Under the pieces are notes generated by a model, which saw only the letters and a list, made by a program, of their open reading frames with translations, was not told the DNA's origin and did no database searches. From Phoronis australis (taxonomy: Eukaryota; Animalia; Phoronida): a DNA stretch of 64,000 nt. The DNA is taken from assembly GCA_002633005.1 (NCBI GenBank), contig NMRA01000097.1, forward strand, positions 508,686-572,685. The letters run 5' to 3'. The position numbers were made by a program, and so were the translations under genes. Below are positions 50,400 to 62,126 of this stretch, piece by piece; the stretch's first letter is position 1; every line of letters starts with the position of its first letter.

Positions 50400-52030
50400 G
50401 CCCTACTGAAAAAATTCTCAGTTTGCCGAGTACCATCTTCAGCAATTTGTCCCCACCATTCCTCCGTATGTTAAAGATACAAATCATTTTGTTAATATAA
50501 TTAAAGCATCACCGATTTACTCAAGAATGTCCTCTTAATTACTCTTAATGTTAAAAATTTATACACTGATATCCATGAACAAGGAGGCGAAGAAGCCTGC
50601 AAGAAATTTCTTAATCAACGTAATAATCCTAATGTACCTACGTCATTCATTATCCCTCTTCTTGAACATGTACTTACCACGAATCACTCCATCTATCAAT
50701 AATCAACATTATCTCCAAATATAAGGTACAGCTATGGGCACTAGGGTTGTCCCTACTTTTGCAAACCTTTTAATGGCAAATCTTGAAAATAACATCATCA
50801 AATCTTGCTCTAAAAAACCGCTTCTCTGGCTGAGGTATATTGACGACATTTTCATGATTTGGTCCACAAACATTACATGCATCCTAAGAAAATATTAACA
50901 AATTTCACACCACAATAAACTTCACCCACGGCACTTGTCAAAATGAAATTTCATTTTAGATGTCACTGTCACCTTTAGTAATGATAGACTAGAAACGGAC
51001 TTATTCTGTAAAGAAACTGACATATCATTTATTTCATACCTCTCACGGTATGAACAGCCTTCCATATAGTCTTGGAATTGGAATTCGTGGCATTTGTTCA
51101 GAAGAAAGTGCCTTTAATAACCGTTTAAATGAACTAAAGCATTACTTACTTTAAATTCATTTTCTCTTACATCTTATACACAAATAGTTTGACAAAGTCC
51201 GCTCAATCACAAGAAATGAATCTTTAAGAACTAAAGCGAAATATAATACTTTTAATAGAATACCCTACTCAACCATTTTCAATCCACGATTAAACGGAAT
51301 TAGCCACGTCTTCAGAAAACATCTTTCTACTCTGCTTATTTCGCCTCAAATGAAAAACCTATTCCCTCATCCACCAATAATTTCTTGTAGAAAATGCAAA
51401 AGCTTAAAAAGTATTTTGTTAGAACAAATATGGACTTTAAAAACCAAACTGACAAACCTATTGACAACACACAACGTAACAAATCAAGATCCAAAATTTG
51501 TAACTTTATCAACAACAATACATGTACTTCCTTCCAATCTTCTCAAACCAAGGAACACTTTGAAATGAAACATTATTTTGACTGCTCACACAACAATGTC
51601 AATTACCTAATAACACGTAGAAAATGTTCCATTCAATATTTAGGACAAACGCAACATCATGTACAAACTCGGTTTCACAATCTCATATTGAACATAATAT
51701 AAAAAACGTTCGTATACTATAGGTAATCATTTCAATTCCAAAAAACACAATCAACAAGATCCTTCTGTACAAATAATAGAGAAACTCCAATACCCCGGTA
51801 CCCCTCACAGACTAGAAAGAGAACAATTTTGGAGTAATAAGATGAACACACTGGAATCTAGTGGATTGAACAAAAGGACTCCTTACTTTATATCCTTTAT
51901 TTTTCCGCAATTATGTACCATATTCATTCTGCCATTTATCAGATGTCAATTTTCATATGCATGTAGTGCTTGTTTTTACTTTACTTCTGTTTCTGTTGAC
52001 GAAGGATGTTATATACGGAAACTTCAGTGC
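50400..52030 (+). mobile_element. Decayed Penelope-like retroelement (RT + GIY-YIG endonuclease)
   Basis: Motifs YVKDTNHF, NLYTDI, GTAMGTRVVPTFANLLM, WLRYIDDIFMIW, and GIY-YIG-like NVNYLITRRKCSIQYLGQT. Many frameshifts. Confidence 0.88.
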
Positions 52031-52198
52031 TCCAATTTTGTTGTATTTTACGTATATCTATTCCGTGTATGTTACGTATTCAGTAGAAAGTGTATTCAAT
52101 TTTCTCGTACTCAAATAAGTGGCACTGAAGTTGACGTCACTAACTAATCCCTCTGACACTAATTTGTTGTTGATTGGGAATGTCCACTGTGTGCTACA

Positions 52199-52580
52199 AT
52201 GGATGTTGACAACTTCTTGTCAGAATGTTATGTAAATCCTACTTCCGCTTGTTTATCGAAACTCAGAAAGTCAGATTTGTTAGCGATTGGTGGCAAAATA
52301 GGTCTTGCCACAAAAACGGCAATGCGCAGGAGTGAAATCCTGAGAATAGTTTGTCATTATTTTGTAGAGGAAGATTTATTACCTGACGACGCTCTTTCCT
52401 CTAATAAGCTTCAGAGTGAAACTGAGAATGAAATGATTAAACTACAACTTCAAATTTGAGAGTGAGTAAGAGCGCCCATGTTTATAACAAATAAAAAGAC
52501 GTTACAGAAAAATAGACGAAATGGCGAAAAGTTGACATTTTATTTTTGAAATGCTGCTTAAATAGAAATGAAAAGGCCTC
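52199..52580 (+). mobile_element. Ty3/Gypsy gag N-terminal relic
   Basis: PTSACLSKLRKSDLLAIG..MRRSEIL..YFVEEDLL followed by a coiled-coil-like IKLQLQ and a broken FE..A..WP-like motif, as seen in metazoan Gypsy gag N-termini. Confidence 0.6.
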
Positions 52581-54206
52581 AGGAAAAACCCCTAAAAATA
52601 CCGGGTGAGCTGCTTGAATTCTGGTTCACTTGCCGAGAAACACTTCTAATACTGAAATTCAGTAGTGTGGTTATCGTGCTCCAGGTCTCTTAACAGGAAA
52701 ACCAAGAATGGAGAGGCGTTGCGTTAGTGGTGGTTGTAGCATCGTAGTTTCGGACCATGACGTAACTCTTTTCGCTTTCCCACGAGATTTAGGAACACGT
52801 TTGAAGCTCCCGATACTCGTTTGTAGGTTGGCATGTTACACTGACGCTGGGTACTTTTATACGCCACTCGCACGTCTATAGGGTTAAGATACCTTCAATT
52901 GAAGTCCACTTTGTTTAATTTCTACTTGTTGGGATATCTAATTAAGGATTGCGATATACAATGTAATTTTAAAATTAAACAACATACATCGATCAATAAC
53001 AGCATTACAATCGTTGCTGGCACAAGCCAATTGATTTTAACCATAATGTATTAAGTAAAACGCTGAAACTTTCAAGATAATGAAAATTCAACAAAAATTT
53101 GACATTTGATTAAACAGATGCGTCGAAGTTTTATGTATCTGCACTCATGCGGTCATGGGAAATTTAACCAACATAAAGAAGAAAATGTCGTCATGGTTAC
53201 TATCGTTATGGAATTAATCTATGAAACGGTATCATCGATTACTTAACAACTGGATGTCCAGATAAATACTAGCAATCAGTTTGTCATATCGGACCTTACA
53301 TACATCTTGATGTGTTATACCAAAATATTTAAAATAACTATAGATTTTGACTCAGTAAAAGTATATGTTTTTTTAATTTGATTGTTCACGTTTAATGGTC
53401 TGTCATCAATTGCCTATAACAACCATATCATTTTGCTAAAATGAGTTGAGCATAAATATTAAAAAATATTATTCATAACTTGAACAAATTTCATTTCATA
53501 TAAAACCCTGAAACTAGATTACTAAAACGTTGTAACAAGTATACCTAACTACACCATTTGTTTCAAAAGTTCTACTTTATATCCCGTCACGCGAGGGTAG
53601 ACCAATTTAAAAACAATCCCTAGCACAAATTTGAGAGTAGAGCATAAAGCATAATTTCGTTATTTCAATTAGCCATTTCAGAATTAAAATATTTTCCAAA
53701 ATTTGGATATTTTTTGTGTCCTACATCACCGTCACGTTGAAGGTGGCGAGTTTGGTCAATGACTGAGACAGTTTAAAATCCAGTCAAATCGATTTTGTAC
53801 GTGATAAATCTGCATGTACATAAATCATCAAAAAATCTTTAAGTTAACATGTCGACTTTTATTCCCGCAATAAGAAATGAACTTGCTGTCACGCGTCTTC
53901 GTCAAAGTTTTCAATTAAAATAAACTTGTTTGGAAAAAGAATCAATATCATTAAATTTCATAAATCTTGTCAAATTTCAATTATACATATAGATGATTCA
54001 AAACCAACCAACTGTTTCACCTTACTTAAACACCCAGGAAAAGTTAGCTGGTAAAAAAACAAAACGATATCCAATCAGTCTTCATTAAACCATGAAATTG
54101 AACAGATTAAAATTTTCGTGACACAAGTTACTGGCTCAAAGACTGATTCCTTAATATCCATGCCAATTTTCCTCTTCTTTGTCAACAACGACAACTCAAA
54201 CACCAG

Positions 54207-54470
54207 CAGCCGATTTTATGAAGGTAATTTAAGGTTAAACCTGGTTTAAACTGAAAACTTATACCACGTTTAAAGATAATCTGCATTTCATTGATGTGGT
54301 TTAAGTTTTAGACCCGTGGACTAGTAAAACCTGGTCCGATTTCTAGTTTAGACCTGGTCTAATTCAATTTCCATTTTACCACCGAGGTCTATATCCCTTA
54401 GACATTAGTCTTGGTCAGACTCAGGTTTAGTCTTGCTAAATATATTGCACTTACATGATATAGGTGCAAT
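54207..54470. mobile_element. Partial copy of the 3436-4760 Harbinger-type element (left arm)
   Basis: CAGCCGATTTTATGAAGG...TTAAACCTGGTTTAA is homologous to 3436-3730. Confidence 0.7.
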
Positions 54471-54508
54471 TCAATGTTTTAATGTTTGTTACTAAATCTT
54501 CAATACAA

Positions 54509-54546
<38 letters not shown>

Positions 54547-54599
54547 AGAAAGCGCTAAGAGGCATTACATCTGGGTAAAACAATACAAATAAATCTATA

Positions 54600-54960
54600 T
54601 ACAACTATTATACACAAATACATAAATTAAAAAATTGATGTTAAGATTACATTGATATATGATTACTAATGTAAATAAATGATTTTCATACACATGTATA
54701 CAGTTCTATCCACTCCCACAAAGAGATTTAATATTATAAAGAAATTTTGATACTATTTCCAATAAAATCTTAACTTCATTTGGGTTGTGTTCTTGACATC
54801 CATATAGAAAAAAATGTTGTACAATTGCGGAATTTAAGAATATTGTTTGTAGCCATTGGGGTATTGTTCGAGGGTCTGGAAAAGTTGTACCCTCTGGTAC
54901 CTGCATAACTCAAAACAAAGAAAACATGAGCATTTGTCTCCACAGGAAGAGAGAGGCGAA
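54600..54960 (-). mobile_element. LINE 3'-end relic (CR1-like)
   Basis: ETNAHVFFV..R..LF and FLYG..ILLEIVSKFLYNIKS resemble the ORF2 C-terminus. Followed by an AT-rich tail. Confidence 0.5.
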
Positions 54961-55101
54961 ATATTATTAAAATTATGTCTAGATTCCTCGCCGTTTAGGA
55001 ATAGACCGCATCTTGATCAGTATAGGACTTTTCATAGTTGCGAGGAAGTTGAAATGATGTCAATGGGGCTGGCAAGTCTTGAGTAGTGGCATGCATTTTA
55101 A

Positions 55102-56285
55102 AGGCGAAAGCAGCCCTTTTTCATATCATTTTTAGGAAAAATAAGGATCGTTGATTATCCCAGACACAATTTTCACTTAAAGCTTTTCGTAATTTGATTA
55201 ACTTCTCGTCCTCTACTCCGGAAGTGACGTTTTGGGAGGCAAGAGTTTCGCGCTAATTTCTTTTCGGTATAGTCTGACTGTGAGAGCTGTCGAGTCAGTC
55301 ATTGTTTTACCTCGTTTATGATAAGTTTGGTCGTCGTTTGCTTTTGTTTACAAGTCAGTCAACATGCCACGCTGTTGCTGCGTGCCGGGATGAACTCATT
55401 ATCGTCTAACAAGCGTCTTGGGTACCTTGCGTCGCTTTCCGAAGGATGACACACTTTGCCGTACTTGGCTAGCTCGTTCATGTGAAGAACGCAGCGCTAC
55501 AAAGCAGTGGAGGGTTACCGAGTGTGTGGCAAGCATTTTCTGCCCTAAGATTATGACAGATATGTTCGCTGAATTGATGAAGGTCCCTGCGAAACAGCAC
55601 CTAAAGAAGGGTACCATACCGTCGCTGCTGATTCCCGGCAGTGCCCCGTCGCCAACCCCTAGAAGTGCGTTTTTGAAGCAAGAAGCCTCGAATGCTGTGG
55701 CCACTATATACATTGTACAGTGATTGGAGGCACTTCATCTACTGTCACCCGTGCCTCCGAACGTACCCCATTGCGTGCAATTCCGGGAACTAGCAGTGAT
55801 TCGCCCTGTGCTGTTGTCTCTAGCCCAGAGCCTGCAAGCAGCCCTGCAACGATGTTGAGTAGTGGGAGTGAATACAGGCCCAGTTCGATACCCAGTGAAG
55901 AGGACAGTTCGTCACCCGATACAGATCGGTGAGCCTAAGTTTGATAATTTTATTGTGGACTTGTATTGGAGCTATTTGGAAAGTGCTAGGTGTGTGGCGA
56001 GGGAGTCACACGGCGGGATGTAAGCAGTTTGGGTGCTCAGATCACCGTTCAGTTGGAGTGTGTCGCGGGACACTCGAGCATGTGGGACAGTTCTTCCTCT
56101 GTACGTGAGACGATAATGAGTACACCCCATTACGCAGCAACAGCGTGGCATGTTGACTGACTCGTAAGCAAAAGCAAATGACAACCAAACTTATCACAAT
56201 CGAGGCAGAACTATGACTGACTCGACTGCTCTCACACTCAGACTATATGAAAAGAAATTGGCGCGAAATTCTTGCCTCCTAAAAC
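55102..56285 (+). mobile_element. Kolobok-like element with degenerate THAP-domain ORF (right TIR truncated)
   Basis: Start TTAA|AGGCG. ATG 55364 MPRCCCVPG*THY..RFPKDDTLCRTWL..; after a frameshift RVCGKHF..; LKKGTIPS. Together these form a C2CH THAP signature. Homologous to the 8791 and 60823 copies. Confidence 0.85.
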
Positions 56286-57245
56286 TGTCAGTCTATATTC
56301 TGACAGTATTTCAAGTTCACGAACAGCAGGCCAACCTCAATAAACTTGGAAGCGTTTTCTTGAGTGGCTAAAGGTTTTGATGTTCTAATTATTGTATTGA
56401 CTGCTCGCACCCGGCCTGAATATAGGAGGCTCGAAGGTATGTGGACCTTTTACCTAAAGAAAATGAGGCACAACATTCAGACCTATGAATTGCGCATTCG
56501 CGTTGAATTCAGTCCTGTGGACTTTTGTCTCGTTTTCTCGGACTTTTTGTTTCTCTGAAGCGGACCTTTTAGCCCACTTCGCTAAATGGGGGGCTCGTTC
56601 AAGCCCCCCGAGCCTCCCCCCTGGGTGTGCACATGGATCGGTTGAAGTTTTTTTCATATAGCCTACTTACAAAGCAACAGGCTGTCTAGTAAGCTTTGAT
56701 GTAGTTTGAATGTGTCTGCGACAATAGTTATTTTTTATAGAAGCGACATTTCCCTGGGCCGTGCGAATTGGAATAAGCTCTAATGCCCAGCTGTTAATTA
56801 GATAAAAACCCTGGCAACAGCATTTGAATAGATGAAATATGCTTCTGCTAGTCACATTCATGCATTTTTTCTCTTTCTGGTGAAGCTGGTCCTCATGTTG
56901 TACTAGAAACTCGCACTTTTTCCAGTCCCGAAGAGATATTGGTGGCTTAAGTTTGTTAATCGAATGGGTTATCTGCAACCAGTAATCTGGTTTGTTTGTG
57001 CAGGTGAACGCTTTTGTTTATTTGTTGTGTACCTTTACTCATCAGCCTAAGTCAGAGAAACGCTTGAACTGCCCATGCATTTTATTTAAGCTCATCCACT
57101 GGTTAAAATTCAGTTCACGACAGAATCGTGGTGGCTGTGGGAAATACATGGATAAGCAGCCTACGCATTTTATACTATGTAAAAAAAAACGAAAAGCGCT
57201 CAACACGGAGCTTATAAATTAGTCCATCACTGAGTCTGGTTCTAC

Positions 57246-58262
57246 CTATTCACATTCAGCGGAAATGCAGCACAACATTCTTTGCCATCGTGGAGCGACA
57301 TTGTGGCCCTTGGAAGAGGGGCTTGTGGAAACTTTTGTATTGCCGCCATTTTTTCTAAAAGTCGTCTTCAATTTCTTGAAAAAACCCTGTTTAACATCTT
57401 TAGATGAAGCTGAGGTGTAGGTGTTCTCCGAAACGTCAAGGATGACTGCATCCGAAGATGTCGCATTGTTGGGCAATTCTGCGACACCTGATGGGTTGCC
57501 GTCATCCATGCGAATGTGTACAACGTCACCTGATTTGTCGGTGCGAGATTTCGTAATCGTGATGTCCTCAGCATCGCGTTGAGGGCTACAGAAGCTTCCC
57601 GTGACATGTTTTGCAGGACCGCCGCAAATTGCACTCTGGAATAACGCCACCGGACCAGTGGGCTTGACGCTTTCCAGAAGCCGACCGTGAACGCTATCTG
57701 GTTTGTACTGAATTGGAGATCTAAGGACGGTCTCTTCGACATCAGTAGCAGTTTTCTCTAACTGAGTTTTCTCTGGCTTGTTAGCACTGCATGTAGCCGA
57801 CATCGGAAAGCTTCTCTCCAGTAACTGGGGCTCTGCGGTTTCACATGCGTTGTTCAGCTCGATTGTTGTCGCCTTTTTCGTCTCGCACTCAATGAAAAAC
57901 TCGATGGGGGCTGTTTGTTTGCGGGTTGTGCAGTTTGCCTCTTTCCGGCATAACAACTCACCCTGATAGCTACGCAAGTCATTAATGTAACCCTCGTACA
58001 TTTCCTTTACTCCAATATCAGTCTCTGCGTCATTGAGAGCAATAGCAGCGTCCAGTACGTCGGCCAACCATTTTTCATCGTCGATGTTTGTGCAATGGTC
58101 TGCGTTACTGAACATGAAGCTGCACACAAAAGATACTACTTTATCAGTCATTCTCAATACAGAGTAAGAAATACAGCTAACACACCACACTAAATATAAT
58201 GTTATACCTTCGAGCAAATGTTCTAATTTCCAGCCGGTAGCCATTTGTACAGGTAGGTCCAT
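57246..58262 (-). CDS. Uninterrupted 338-aa ORF, hypothetical/orphan protein
   Basis: Longest ORF in the window. It has an N-terminal hydrophobic stretch (ITLYLVWCVSCISYSVL), an S/T/E-rich middle, a basic patch (GFFKKLKTTFRK) and a C-terminal LCCISAECE. No family recognised. Confidence 0.6.
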   Translation of the reverse strand: MDLPVQMATGWKLEHLLEGITLYLVWCVSCISYSVLRMTDKVVSFVCSFMFSNADHCTNIDDEKWLADVLDAAIALNDAETDIGVKEMYEGYINDLRSYQGELLCRKEANCTTRKQTAPIEFFIECETKKATTIELNNACETAEPQLLERSFPMSATCSANKPEKTQLEKTATDVEETVLRSPIQYKPDSVHGRLLESVKPTGPVALFQSAICGGPAKHVTGSFCSPQRDAEDITITKSRTDKSGDVVHIRMDDGNPSGVAELPNNATSSDAVILDVSENTYTSASSKDVKQGFFKKLKTTFRKNGGNTKVSTSPSSKGHNVAPRWQRMLCCISAECE

Positions 58263-58589
58263 TATACAAATGATTAATTAGTGATTACGTACAATGTACG
58301 TCGACAATAGCACGACGCCACAAATCAAAGACGTCAAATGCCAAAAAAGTCCCAAACTTTGCGAACTTTTTGTATGACATTTACCTTGGGAAGATCATAT
58401 CTTTTTAACTGCGACTTATTCATTTTGGAAATTGGTTATATTTTGTCGATCAACAGTTCTTGGGCAATTTTCTTAGATTGCACTAACAATTTTCAACCAT
58501 CTTTAAACTACTTTTCAAGATGCATAATCTCATACAATTGTGAATATGCAAATGAAGTTCTAATTCACAAACAACCCCGGGTCCTCCAG

Positions 58590-58998
58590 GGCCCGAAATC
58601 TAATGTATGTACTCGAAACGAACTCAAAATTATTCTTTATTTTATCAATTTCTCTGCTCCTTTTATGCGAACTCAAGATAAGTGGTTATCAGACTGTGCT
58701 CGAATACATTTAATAGTTTACGCATATGAGTTTCTAGACCAAGTTTGTACTTGATGACCCTTATATTCGCGCTACAAACTGGAGTAAACACTCGAAATTT
58801 CGAGTTCAAATTCGATATTTTAGCATTAATGTTGAGTTTATCAACTGCAAACTGAGAATAAAAAACTTTCCACGTTAGTCATTATGTACTCAAACATAGA
58901 ATAATAGACATTTATCTTGAGTTCGCACAAAAGTAGAGTAGAAAACGCCAAACATAACTTCGATTCCCATTTCGAGTAAAAACATAAAAACTCGGGCG
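58590..58998. mobile_element. Second, inverted copy of the 39358 Harbinger-type MITE
   Basis: CAG|GGCCCGA ... CTCGGGCG|CAG (CWG TSD). Homologous internal CTCGAA motifs. Confidence 0.7.
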
Positions 58999-59244
58999 CA
59001 GGTCCAAGGCTAAATCTGGGTACGTTCATACCACAAAATGAGCCCCTCCCATTGCACGCGCCTCGAGCGAATCGGACAAAGCTAGCAACAATACTAAAAT
59101 ATTAGATTTGCCCGGCTTGCTATCACTAAATTCCTCGAGTATGTTAATAACAGCTAGCAAACATTCATTTTGCAGTGGAAGTGTTTTTCAGTACTAAAGG
59201 GCCGCATTACGAAGTTAATTGAAAAAAATAGGAACAGGTAATAC

Positions 59245-59501
59245 ATGCGCGCAACCAGGGGAGCAAGTGGGGAGCTCGAATTTTTTAATGTGAACCTTTT
59301 ATTAAGATTCACAACGTACGCCGTTCAGAGCTAGGAATTGTGCATTCGCCGAATGTTGGCAGTTTCTTCATTTTTAAAGGACTTTTGTCTCGTTTTCTAC
59401 TTTTTTCGGAGTTTTTGCTTTTCCGAGGCGGACCCTTTTGCCCACTTAGCCAAAAATGGGGAGCTCCTTCGAAGGAGCCCCCTCCCCCGAGTGTGCGCAT
59501 G
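59245..59501. repeat. ~250-bp dispersed MITE family (CATGCGC...GCGCATG termini)
   Basis: Related copies or fragments at ~3-280, 22650-22882, 23020-23250, 42600-42740 and 56480-56635 share GGCGAAGTGGGCTAAAAGG / GAGCCCCC motifs. Confidence 0.7.
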
Positions 59502-60700
59502 CATTGGCAACAGAAATAGAAACCTATCACGGTGAGGAATGTCATGAGACCTATTTTATGATATTAAAAGACCTTTTTTGACTTTTGAATTTTAGCCAGA
59601 TGAACTGGACGAAATGCAGCTTTTATAGGGATGTCGTTTTACGGCTCAAAAACGCATATTGGCATTATGGTTGGGTTAGATAAACTTTTTGAAGCTATTA
59701 CGTTTGATTAGAGTTACAGAACAATAATGTCCGCTGTGTTTTTTGATTTCGTTACAAATCGCCAATTACTGCCGTTGTCTGCCACTTAGCTCAGCGGCTG
59801 CGACCTCAAAGGGTCCAGTAGAATCCATGCTGCGGCTATTCTCAGGTAAATCAAATTTCTCGACGATAATGTCACTTCGTAACACCATTATGTACAGGAA
59901 TATCGAGAATACACCTATACATGTATCTGCTCTTAACACCGCATAATGAGGTCGCAAGAGTGAGAAGTCTGCAGCCTTATTTGCCCGTCTAATTTATTAT
60001 ACTCTTGTCTCAAAGGAGGACACACCAGTTTATTGATCAGACTATTGATATATAAAAAATAAATTAGCATGGTGTTTCTATTTGAGGATGCTATACGTAT
60101 TGGAACTAACCTGGCTACAAACAGTTTGAAAATTTACACTTTTGAAGATGATTTTCATAGATTACCAGCAACTGATAAAGGGGAACTGAGAGGTAGACAG
60201 ATGGATGGGCGAATGGACACACAAACACACACGGACACGCAAAGACACAGGACAAATAAAATGTATCTATTACAGAACATAGATGACAATAAAGTTAGGG
60301 TTGTAATACTGGCACTGATACACTGGCTTAAGTTTCTGTTGATTTTTTACTAGATTTAAAGTTAAGACTTCAACCACTTCATTAAATTATACTGAGAAAA
60401 TATTCACTTTGTGTTTTTTAAAAATGAATATTAAATATGGCCAAGTTTCAAAGTTTCGAAAGGCCATTGTTATATGAAGTTTACAATACAGAATGTTGAA
60501 TGTGTTAATTACATTTATTTCATACATATTTTAGGTACAACTGTCTTGTTATGTGGTATTCATGGATAAATAGAACACTAAAAAAGACACAAACCATCTT
60601 CTTGACATTGTCAGATTTTACCTGACAAACAAGGACAGCTTTATCAAGAGCATTGTTTCTACACTACTGTAATGCAGTGTTCTCCATGATCACATTTAAC

Positions 60701-60748
60701 CTGCAGCAGCAGCGGCAGCAGCAGCAGAAGGCAGCAGCAGCAGCAGCG
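60701..60748. repeat. (CAG)n trinucleotide microsatellite
   Basis: Imperfect run of about 15 GCA units. Confidence 0.85.
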
Positions 60749-60822
60749 ACCTGTTTGTCAACACTTGCGAAATGGTTTGAGATCTTGTAAATCGATATTG
60801 CATACATTATTTAGCCTTTATG

Positions 60823-62126
60823 TAGCCTTTTTTATTGTCATTTTAGCAAAAATAAGGTTTGTTGATTATCTCAGACATATTTTCAGTTACTTACGGCTTT
60901 TCGTATCTTAATTAATTACTCGTCGTCTACTCCGGAAGTGACGTTTTGGGAGGCAAGAATTTCGGGCGAATTTCTTTTCATATAGTCTGACTGTGAGAGC
61001 AGGCGAGTCAGTCATTGTTCTACCTCGGTTGTGATAAGTTCGGACGTCGTTTGCTTTTGCTTACGAGTCAGTCAACATGCCACGTTCTTGCTGCGTACTG
61101 GGGTGTACTCATTATCGTCTCATGTACAGATGAAGAACTGTCCCACTTGCCCGAGTGTCCCGCGACACACTCCCACTATAGGGTGATCTGCTTACATCCT
61201 GCCGTGTGACTTCCGTGCAACACACCTGGCACCTTCCAAATAGTTCCAATACAAGTCCACAATAAACTTATCAAACTTAGGCTCACCGATCTGTTCATTG
61301 AAGGACGAACTGTCCTATTCTCTGGGTGTCGAACTGGGCCTGTATTCACTCCCACTACTCAACATCGCTGCAGGGCTGCTTACAGGCTCTGGGCTAGAGA
61401 CAACAGCAAAGAGCGAATCACTGCTAGTTCCCGGAATTGCACGCAATGGGGGTACTTTCGGAGGCACGGATAACAGTAGACGAAGTGCCTCCAGTCACTG
61501 TACATAGTGGCCACAGCTCGCGAGGCTTCTCGCTTCAAAACGCACTTCTCGGGGTTGGCGACGGGGCACTGGCAGGAAAACAACAGCGACGGTATGGTAC
61601 CCTTCTTCAGGCATTGTTTCGCAGGGAACTTCAATTCAGCGTACATATTTGTCATAATCTGACGGCAGAAAATGCTTGCCACACACTCGGTAACCCTCTA
61701 CTGCTTTGTACGTTCCGTGGACGGGTAGCGCTGCGTTCTTTACATGAACGAGCTAGCCAAGTACGGCGAAGTGTGTCATCCGTCGGAAAGCGATGCAATG
61801 TACCCAAAGCGCGTGTGAGACGATAAAGAGTACATCCCGGCACGCAGCAAGAGCGTGGCATGTTGACTGACTTGTAAACAAAAGCAAACGACGACCGAAC
61901 TTGTCACAAACGAGGTAGAACAATGACTGACTCGACAGCTCTCACAGTCAGACTATAATGAAGAGAAATTGGCGCGAAACTCTTGCCTCCCAAAACGTCA
62001 CTTCCGGAGTAGAGGACGAGAAATTAATCAAATTACAAAAAACTGTAATTAAGTGATAAATGTGTCTGGGATAACCAACGAACTTTATTTTTGCTAAAAG
62101 TGACATGAAAAAGGTTGCCTTCGCCT
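60823..62126 (-). mobile_element. Kolobok-like THAP element, opposite orientation to the 55102 copy
   Basis: Right terminus GCCT|TTAA at 62126. Minus-strand MPRSCCVPGCTLY..HRFPTDDTLRRTWL and LKKGTIPS. Long inverted arms; extreme left terminus eroded. Confidence 0.85.
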
